12,888 nt of DNA from Methanobacteriaceae archaeon (lineage in GTDB: Archaea > Methanobacteriota > Methanobacteria > Methanobacteriales > Methanobacteriaceae): positions 1-12,888 of the forward strand of contig PWMT01000051.1 of NCBI GenBank assembly GCA_003558085.1, given 5' to 3'. Under the pieces are notes generated by a model that searched no databases, had not been told where the DNA came from, and saw only the letters and a program-made list of their open reading frames with translations. A program made the translations under genes and the position numbers. Below, in pieces: positions 1 through 6,309 of this stretch (the first letter of the stretch is position 1; each line of letters opens with the position of its first letter).

Positions 1-1
1 A

Positions 2-760
2 ATATATTTAGACGAAGATGAACCAGAGCAGGCATTAGAAAACCTGAAAGAAGCCAAAAAAATATACCAAAAAATAGAATACCCTAAAGGAGAAGCATAC
101 GCTCAGGACCTAATAGGGGACTGTTACCGGGCTATCAGTAATATTTCTCAAGCTATAAAACATTATCAAAAAGCTTTTCAAATTTATTCTAATGGGGATT
201 ATCTTCAAAAAAATGAAATTGAAGACAAAATTTTGAAACTTAAAAAAATAGATTCTATTTTAAAAATGAATGAGAAAGCAAAGATTTATTCCTCTCCTGA
301 TGAAGGAAAGCAGAAGGAAAGCATTAATCTCCCACCCCATGATAACAGTTTTCAAAAGAATTGGAAGGATGAACTAAAATTAGAGTCAGAAAAAGAATTA
401 GATAAGGAAAGTGATGAACTTACTGATAGATTAGATGAATTGGTAATGCTTTTAGATCAGTCTGGTCTTTATTCTATTTATTCTAAAGATCCAAATAGTA
501 TAGAAATATTTAAAGAAGCCTTAAAAACTGCAGAGGTAATTGAAGATTGGAACACACAGGGCATATTACATCTAATGTTAGGCGATAGCAAGTTAAAGAA
601 TAAAAATACCGCTGATGCTTTAAAACATTTTAACCAAGCCTTAGAAATATTTAAAAAGAATTCAAATGAAAAAGGCGAAGCAATTGCATTACTTCTAATT
701 GGAGCAGTGTTTTTCTTCATGGATAAAGACGAAGAAATGTATAAAATATTAAGAAATTAG
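2..760 (+). CDS. Tetratricopeptide repeat (TPR) protein, 5'-truncated by the window edge; probably extends to 838 past an in-frame TAG
   Basis: The frame is open from position 2 (IYLDEDEPEQALENLKEAKKIYQKIEYPKGEAYAQDLIGDCYRAISNISQAIKHYQKAFQIY...) and runs into the 233..760 ORF. It has ~40-aa TPR units (GEAYAQDLIG..., ALKHFNQALEIFKK...KGEAIALLLIG). The TTG start at 233 in the ORF track is internal. Confidence 0.85.
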   Translation: MYLDEDEPEQALENLKEAKKIYQKIEYPKGEAYAQDLIGDCYRAISNISQAIKHYQKAFQIYSNGDYLQKNEIEDKILKLKKIDSILKMNEKAKIYSSPDEGKQKESINLPPHDNSFQKNWKDELKLESEKELDKESDELTDRLDELVMLLDQSGLYSIYSKDPNSIEIFKEALKTAEVIEDWNTQGILHLMLGDSKLKNKNTADALKHFNQALEIFKKNSNEKGEAIALLLIGAVFFFMDKDEEMYKILRN

Positions 761-916
761 CTGCAAATCCTAAAAGAATATAATCATAAAAAAGAAGAAA
801 AGTTAGCCTTGGAATTGATTAAATTGTTATCCAGCTAAAATATCTGTTTAAGTATAGAGCTAAAACATAAAATCTAATATTAAAAAGATACATATTATGT
901 TGTGAGGTGGAAAAAT

Positions 917-1474
917 ATGAAAATGGATGAAAATGTGGCCCGATTAATAGAATCACTTAAAGAAGATGATGAACACGTTAGAGTTCAAGTCATTGAACTT
1001 TTAACGGAAATAGGGCATCCAGCAGTAGAACAATTAATTGATGCTCTCCCCAGTAAAGATAAAAATGTAAGAATGGGTGCTGCTAAAGCTTTAGGACAGA
1101 TAGGGGATCCCAGGGCTATTGATGAATTGATTAAAACTTTAAAAGATGATAATAAATGGGTTAGAAGAGAAGCATCCGGTGCTCTTTCTAAAATGGGTAA
1201 AGATGCAGTAGAACCTTTAATAAAAATTCTTGATGATGAAGATTGGAAAGTTAGAGGCGCAGCTGCCTGGGCATTAGGAAACATCGGTGATGAAAGAGCA
1301 GTAGAACCATTAATTAATGCTTTAGATGATGAAAGTGGTTTTGTTAGAGGAGGGGCCGTCTGGGCATTAGGCACCATAGGTGATGAAAGAGCAGTAGAAC
1401 CATTACAAAAAGCCTTAGAAGATGAAAGTGGTTATGTAAAAAAGGTTGCCTCAGAGATGTTAAAGAAATATTAA
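917..1474 (+). CDS. HEAT / PBS-lyase-like repeat protein
   Basis: 31-aa repeats of the form L.D.D..VR..AA.ALG.IGD.RAVEPLI.AL. GAGGTG SD at 904-909 favours ATG 917 over GTG 902. Confidence 0.92.
   Translation: MKMDENVARLIESLKEDDEHVRVQVIELLTEIGHPAVEQLIDALPSKDKNVRMGAAKALGQIGDPRAIDELIKTLKDDNKWVRREASGALSKMGKDAVEPLIKILDDEDWKVRGAAAWALGNIGDERAVEPLINALDDESGFVRGGAVWALGTIGDERAVEPLQKALEDESGYVKKVASEMLKKY
1268..1438 (+). repeat. Intragenic 93-bp-period tandem duplication encoding the last HEAT repeats
   Basis: TGGGCATTAGG...GGTGATGAAAGAGCAGTAGAACCATTA begins at 1268 and at 1361. Both copies continue into TTAGA(T/A)GATGAAAGTGGTT(T/A)TGT. Confidence 0.85.
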
Positions 1475-1489
1475 TTTTTATTTTATTTT
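1475..1489 (+). terminator. Putative archaeal oligo-T terminator after the HEAT gene
   Basis: TTTTTATTTTATTTT directly follows the TAA stop. Weak, because the background is AT-rich. Confidence 0.4.
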
Positions 1490-1619
1490 AAGTGAATGGT
1501 TAATAACTATAGCTTAAACTAAATAATTATTTATAACTGTAGTGATAAAATTAGTTTTTCCTAGAACATTCTATATTTTAACGACTTGCATGACCTAAAT
1601 AAAATTTAATGGTGTTAAT

Positions 1620-2597
1620 TTGAAAGTTAGTATTATAGGTTCAACCGGAAGAGTAGGTAGGGCTGCAGCGTTTTGCTTAGCTGAAGAACAAGCTGTGAAT
1701 GAACTTAATCTAAATGCTCGAGAAAAAAGTTTAGAAAGAAATAAAGGAGAAATTTTAGATATACTGGATGCTCTAGCAGCCAAAGGGGTTCATGTAAAGA
1801 TTAATACCTCTTCTGATTTGAAAGATCTTAAGGATTCACATGTTATAGTTATTACTGCTGGTATTCCTAGAAGTCCTGAGATGGATAGGATGGAATTAGG
1901 AAAGGAGAACGCTAAAATTATAGCTTATTACTCCTTAAAAATTGCAAAATATGCTCCTGATTCAATTATTTTGGTTGTTACTAATCCGGTGGATGTAATG
2001 ACTTATGTGGCATTAAAATATTCTGGATTTGATAAAAATAAAGTTATAGGATTGGGAAACCATTTAGACTCCCTCCGCTTTAAAAATTATATGGCCCGTC
2101 ATTTCGATGTTCATGTTAGTGAAATTCACACTAGAGTTATCGGTGAACATGGCCTTTATATGGTTCCCTTACTAAGTTCCACCTCCATTGGAGGAATTCC
2201 TATTGAATACTATTCTGCCCATGATTATTTTACGGATTACAAATCATTTGATATTAAAACCACTATTGAGCATGTAATTAACGCCGGAAGTTACATTATC
2301 AGTAAAAAAGGTGCCACTGAATATGGGCCGGCCTTTGCTATTTCTAACATAGTAAATACCATTTTAAATGATGAAAATCAGATACTGACTGTTTCTACAC
2401 TAATAAATGACTTAGTAGATAATGTTGATGAGGTTTGTCTTGGCGTGCCAGTCAAGTTAGGCCAGGAAGGTATTAAAGGGGTAGTTCCTGTCCAAATGAA
2501 CCAAAATGAAAGAGAAGCTTTTTTAGAAGCTGCTAAATATATTTATAATTCCACCCAAGATATAATGAATTATCTAGATAAAGAATATAAGTTTTAA
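1620..2597 (+). CDS. mdh: Malate dehydrogenase, LDH-like archaeal type, likely able to use NADP(H)
   Basis: Rossmann motif KVSIIGSTGRVG; TAGIPR...DRMEL with Arg at the MDH specificity position; VVTNPVD, LDSLR and catalytic GEHG. TTG start follows GGTG at 1611-1614. Confidence 0.92.
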   Translation: MKVSIIGSTGRVGRAAAFCLAEEQAVNELNLNAREKSLERNKGEILDILDALAAKGVHVKINTSSDLKDLKDSHVIVITAGIPRSPEMDRMELGKENAKIIAYYSLKIAKYAPDSIILVVTNPVDVMTYVALKYSGFDKNKVIGLGNHLDSLRFKNYMARHFDVHVSEIHTRVIGEHGLYMVPLLSSTSIGGIPIEYYSAHDYFTDYKSFDIKTTIEHVINAGSYIISKKGATEYGPAFAISNIVNTILNDENQILTVSTLINDLVDNVDEVCLGVPVKLGQEGIKGVVPVQMNQNEREAFLEAAKYIYNSTQDIMNYLDKEYKF

Positions 2598-2783
2598 GCA
2601 GCTTAATAATCAATTATCTAGAAAAAAATAGAGTATACCCTTTTTAAGGTAAATACTGAATTTAATTTTTCACTGCAATATTTTTAAAAATTTATTTGTA
2701 TTTTTTTTATGTAGATTTTAAAATTTTATATTATGTGGTACCTTGATTTTTTATAATAATTTTTTAAAAATTTTTATTACTAA

Positions 2784-2800
2784 ACCAAAAGTTTATATAA
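2784..2800 (+). promoter_or_regulatory. Candidate BRE + TATA box (distal promoter of the pdxT-glt operon)
   Basis: ACCAAAAG followed by TTTATATA (2792-2799) matches the euryarchaeal BRE/TATA layout. Confidence 0.55.
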
Positions 2801-2895
2801 CTGTTCATTCATATAGCCACATACACAGTAAATTTTGAACATTGTATATTAGCATATATTAAAAGAAGTGATTATTGAAAAAAAATTTACTTTTT

Positions 2896-2911
2896 CGGAA
2901 AGGATCTTCCG
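2896..2911. promoter_or_regulatory. NrpR nitrogen-repressor operator
   Basis: CGGAA-AGGATC-TTCCG exactly matches the GGAA-N6-TTCC operator consensus of methanogen NrpR. It is GC-rich within an extremely AT-rich spacer and lies upstream of glutamate synthase genes. Confidence 0.85.
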
Positions 2912-2916
2912 GTAGA

Positions 2917-2926
2917 TTTATATATA
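2917..2926 (+). promoter_or_regulatory. Candidate TATA box (proximal promoter), adjacent to the operator
   Basis: TTTATATATA begins 6 nt after the end of the operator and about 70 nt before the pdxT ATG. Confidence 0.5.
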
Positions 2927-2995
2927 AATTTATTTAAAAAGAATCATTACTGGTTAAATTAAAAATTGAATAACTACAAAATTCAAGGATAACAT

Positions 2996-3574
2996 ATGCT
3001 AACTATAGGTATTTTAGATTTGCAAGGAGATGTAAGTGAACATTTTGCACTAACCTCCCGAGCTTTAAATAAAATTGATAATAACTCAACTGTTATCACC
3101 GTTAAAAATGAGCATGAAGCTTCTTTTTGTGACGGGATAATCATATCTGGAGGAGAAAGTACTGTTATAGGCAAGTTATTAGAGAAAACAGGAATCAAAA
3201 AGGTAATAATATCTGAAAATATACCTGTTTTTGGTACTTGTGCAGGTATGGTTCTTTTAGCTTCAGAAACTGATCATGATCAACCTTTACTAAATTTAAT
3301 AGACATGAAAGTTAAAAGAAATGCTTTTGGAAGGCAAAAAGAGTCATTTGAAGAAGAAATTGAAGTTTTAGAAGAAAAATTTACAGGAATATTTATAAGA
3401 GCACCTGTAGTTGTACAGGTCGGTGAAGAAGTAGCTGTATTATCCATTTTAAATGATAAAATAATTGCTGTAAAACAAGGAATGCACATGGCAACTTCTT
3501 TTCATCCAGAACTTACTGAAAATACCAGATTACATGAATACTTTATTAAGGAGGTATTGAAGTGTGTGGAATAG
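2996..3574 (+). CDS. pdxT: Pyridoxal 5'-phosphate synthase glutaminase subunit
   Basis: SNO/PdxT motifs IGILDLQG, GGEST, FGTCAG (catalytic Cys), RNAFGRQKESFE, FIRAP and FHPEL (His-Glu). Confidence 0.95.
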   Translation: MLTIGILDLQGDVSEHFALTSRALNKIDNNSTVITVKNEHEASFCDGIIISGGESTVIGKLLEKTGIKKVIISENIPVFGTCAGMVLLASETDHDQPLLNLIDMKVKRNAFGRQKESFEEEIEVLEEKFTGIFIRAPVVVQVGEEVAVLSILNDKIIAVKQGMHMATSFHPELTENTRLHEYFIKEVLKCVE

Positions 3575-4479
3575 CGGGAGTCGTATATAAAGATAAAAAA
3601 CTCCACCCTGTAGGAAGCGACATGACTAAGATGCTTGATGCTTTACAACATCGGGGGCCAGATTCCGCTGGCTTTTCTATATATGGTGGGCTGGGCTTAG
3701 AAGAGAATGAATATCTTTTGAATATAGAAATTAAAGAAAGGCCAGGTATATTAGAAACTGTTAAAGAAATAATAAGAGTTGTTAGTCCTATTAAAGAAGA
3801 TGAAATCATTCCCTCTGTGGAAGACTACATAATATATCGTTGTACAATTTCTTTAAAATCATTTTCACAATTAAAGCCACTAATTCTGGACATTGATAAG
3901 ATTGAAGATGTAATAGTTTTAAATGGAAGTCATTCTTTTGAAATGATTAAAGATATAGGTTACGTCATGGATATAGCAGAAAGATATGATACCTGGTCAA
4001 AAAAAGGAACCCATGCTATAGGACATACTCGATTTTCAACTGAAAGTATTGTTGATCGTTATCACGCACATCCTTTCCAAAGTTATATCGTCCCCGACAT
4101 CACTGTAGTGCATAATGGACAGATAACCAACTATTGGAATATAAGAGACCCTTTAGAGAGAAAAGGCCATATATTTGAAACCAACAATGATACCGAATGT
4201 ATTGTTCACTACATAGCAGATAAATTGTCCCATGATTATTCCTTAGAAGAAGCATTAGAACAATCTGTAAAAGATATGGATGGACCCTATGCATACGTGG
4301 TGGGAACTCCTAATGGTGTGGGAATAGCTAAAGATCAGCTAGGATTAAGAGCAGGAGTTATGGTAGAAAATGATGATGTTTTTGCTATTGCCTCTGAAGA
4401 AGTTGCACTACGAGAAGTCATAGATACCACTTATGTAGAACAAATAGCACCAGGCGATGTCAGGGTCTATGAGATATAA
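3562..4479 (+). CDS. Class II (Ntn) glutamine amidotransferase, stand-alone glutamate synthase GltB1 subunit
   Basis: N-terminal MCGIAG nucleophile; QHRGPDSAG, GHTRFST, HAHPF, VHNGQITN and NDTE motifs. GTG start with GGAGGT SD at 3550-3555; overlaps the pdxT end by 13 nt. Confidence 0.92.
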   Translation: MCGIAGVVYKDKKLHPVGSDMTKMLDALQHRGPDSAGFSIYGGLGLEENEYLLNIEIKERPGILETVKEIIRVVSPIKEDEIIPSVEDYIIYRCTISLKSFSQLKPLILDIDKIEDVIVLNGSHSFEMIKDIGYVMDIAERYDTWSKKGTHAIGHTRFSTESIVDRYHAHPFQSYIVPDITVVHNGQITNYWNIRDPLERKGHIFETNNDTECIVHYIADKLSHDYSLEEALEQSVKDMDGPYAYVVGTPNGVGIAKDQLGLRAGVMVENDDVFAIASEEVALREVIDTTYVEQIAPGDVRVYEI

Positions 4480-4512
4480 TATTATATTAAAAAACTAATT
4501 ATGGTGATTAGC

Positions 4513-5202
4513 ATGAGGCAAGTGGAAATTGATGCTGAAGCCAAAAATCCTAGGGAAATAAACCGTGAATTAAAGACTCTGGCTAAGGAATATGATCGAA
4601 TTATCTTAAAAAATCCTAATGCCAAGCATTACTTGGCAGCAGGTCTTACCAGTCCAGTTGAACTGGTGATTGAAGGTTCAGCCGGTTATTTCGTTGGAAC
4701 CATGATCGACCAACCATTTATTAAAGTTAAGGGTAATGTAGGCTGGTTTGCAGGGGATAATATGACTCAAGGAAAATTAATAATTGAAGGTTCAGCAGGA
4801 GACGGAGCAGGACAAGGGATATATGGCGGTACAGTGGTGGTTAAAAATGATGCTGGATCTAGAACCGGAGAAATAATGAAACATGGTACAGTTATAGTCG
4901 GTGGAAATTCTGGTTTTATGAGCGGTATTTTTATGATGGGGGGACCAATAATAGTCCTAGGAGATATAGGAGAAGATGCAGGGGAATCCATTATCAGAGG
5001 GACTATTTATGTTCTGGGAGATATTAAAAGCCTGGGTAAAAATGCCCAGACTTTAGAAATTAATGAAGCAGATATAACAGATTTGAAAGAAATCCTCTCC
5101 ACCTATGGATTCCATTTAGAAGATGATCAATATAATCAATTTAAAAAAATAGTTCCAAGAAGTAAAAGACCATTCTATGGTCCTGAATCGGAGGAAGGAT
5201 GA
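4513..5202 (+). CDS. Glutamate synthase GltB3 subunit (GXGXG beta-helix, FwdC/FmdC-like)
   Basis: Repeated G.AG..G..M..G.I.I.G units. GGTGA SD at 4503-4507 favours ATG 4513. Operon context supports a GOGAT role rather than FwdC. Confidence 0.9.
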   Translation: MRQVEIDAEAKNPREINRELKTLAKEYDRIILKNPNAKHYLAAGLTSPVELVIEGSAGYFVGTMIDQPFIKVKGNVGWFAGDNMTQGKLIIEGSAGDGAGQGIYGGTVVVKNDAGSRTGEIMKHGTVIVGGNSGFMSGIFMMGGPIIVLGDIGEDAGESIIRGTIYVLGDIKSLGKNAQTLEINEADITDLKEILSTYGFHLEDDQYNQFKKIVPRSKRPFYGPESEEG

Positions 5203-6299
5203 TGAATAATAATTCTATTCAGAAAAAGGATACAGAAAAAATAGCCATGGTGGGTACACCCTGCCAAATAACTGCCTCCACTCTCATGACCGATTATGCA
5301 GATTATACTGGTAATAATCCGATGGAACTAAAAATAGGTCTTTTCTGTATGGAAAATTTTTCCTATAATTACCTGAAAGAACTCTTAAAAGAATATGAAA
5401 TTAATTTGAAAGATGTGGTGGAATGCCGCATTGAAAAAGGATATATGTGGTTTCATTTAACTGAAAATAAGACATTTAAAATTCCATTAGAGGATGTTAA
5501 AAGTTGTATTCGCAAAAGCTGTAAAATATGTATGGATTTTACTTCCGAACATTCAGATATTTCGGTAGGATCAGTAGGATCACCAGAAGGCTGGTCTACA
5601 GTTATAATCCGCACAGGAAAAGGTCTTAATTTAGTGGAAAATGCCAAAAAAAATAAATACATTAAAACTATGCCCATTACAGATCAAGGTTTAAAATTAA
5701 TGCATAACTTGGCTCTTGAAAAGAAATCTGAAAATATAAAAGAAATTAAAAAAAGAGAAAATATAGCTAGACCTGTACTCTATTGGAGAGTTATGCCTCC
5801 AGAAGAATATTTAGAAGAAGTTAAAACTAGTCAATTTAAAGATTTAAAAGGTGATGTAATAGATATAGGTGGATGTGTTCTTTGTGGTGCGTGTTTACTA
5901 TCCTGTCCAGAAAATATTATCCAAATAAAAGATAGGAAACCTGAAATTAGTGGAGAATGTCCCCCAGAATGCAATGCCTGTTATGTGGCCTGTCCCCGCA
6001 GTTACGTACCTGAAAATATATCCAGCCGAGATATGGAAAAATCACCTTTTGGCGATTATATTAAAATAATCTCGGCTAAAGCATCTATGTTCCATGGACA
6101 AGATGGGGGAGTGGTCACTGCTCTATTAAGTTATGCTTTAGCAGATAATCTGGTGGACAAAGTATTAGTGGTAGATAAAAGCACGGTTAATCCCTGGAAA
6201 CCAGAGCCTAAACTTACCAGAAATTTAGAAGATGTAATAAAAGCATCAGGGACCAAATATGCTGCATGTCCTATATTTAAACCTATGAAAAATGAATAG
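5199..6299 (+). CDS. Coenzyme F420 hydrogenase/dehydrogenase beta-subunit (FrhB/FpoF/Fsr-N-like) protein with a 2x[4Fe-4S] domain, circularly permuted
   Basis: FrhB C-domain motifs VGTPCQ, IGLFCMENF, CKICMDF and SDISVGSVGSPEGWSTVIIRT; ferredoxin motifs CVLCGACLLSCP and CPPECNACYVACP; FrhB N-domain motifs QDGGVVTALL and ASGTKY. ATGA overlap with the previous stop (start 5199 or 5202). Confidence 0.9.
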   Translation: MMNNNSIQKKDTEKIAMVGTPCQITASTLMTDYADYTGNNPMELKIGLFCMENFSYNYLKELLKEYEINLKDVVECRIEKGYMWFHLTENKTFKIPLEDVKSCIRKSCKICMDFTSEHSDISVGSVGSPEGWSTVIIRTGKGLNLVENAKKNKYIKTMPITDQGLKLMHNLALEKKSENIKEIKKRENIARPVLYWRVMPPEEYLEEVKTSQFKDLKGDVIDIGGCVLCGACLLSCPENIIQIKDRKPEISGECPPECNACYVACPRSYVPENISSRDMEKSPFGDYIKIISAKASMFHGQDGGVVTALLSYALADNLVDKVLVVDKSTVNPWKPEPKLTRNLEDVIKASGTKYAACPIFKPMKNE

Positions 6300-6309
6300 G
6301 AGGGTGTAT

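Noticed and set aside
1520-2775. AT-only palindromes (TAAATAATTATTTA at 1520-1533; TTTTTAAAAA at 2681 and 2761)
   Set aside because: Expected by chance in very AT-rich spacers.
4945-4947. Pro in a beta-helix strand (MMGGPIIV versus GT/GK in sibling repeats)
   Set aside because: A single codon that could be a natural variant or base error; nothing further can be concluded from sequence alone.
4513-5202. Formylmethanofuran dehydrogenase subunit C (fwdC/fmdC) call
   Set aside because: It shares the GXGXG fold, but there are no other fwd genes nearby and it is flanked by GltB1 and GltB2.
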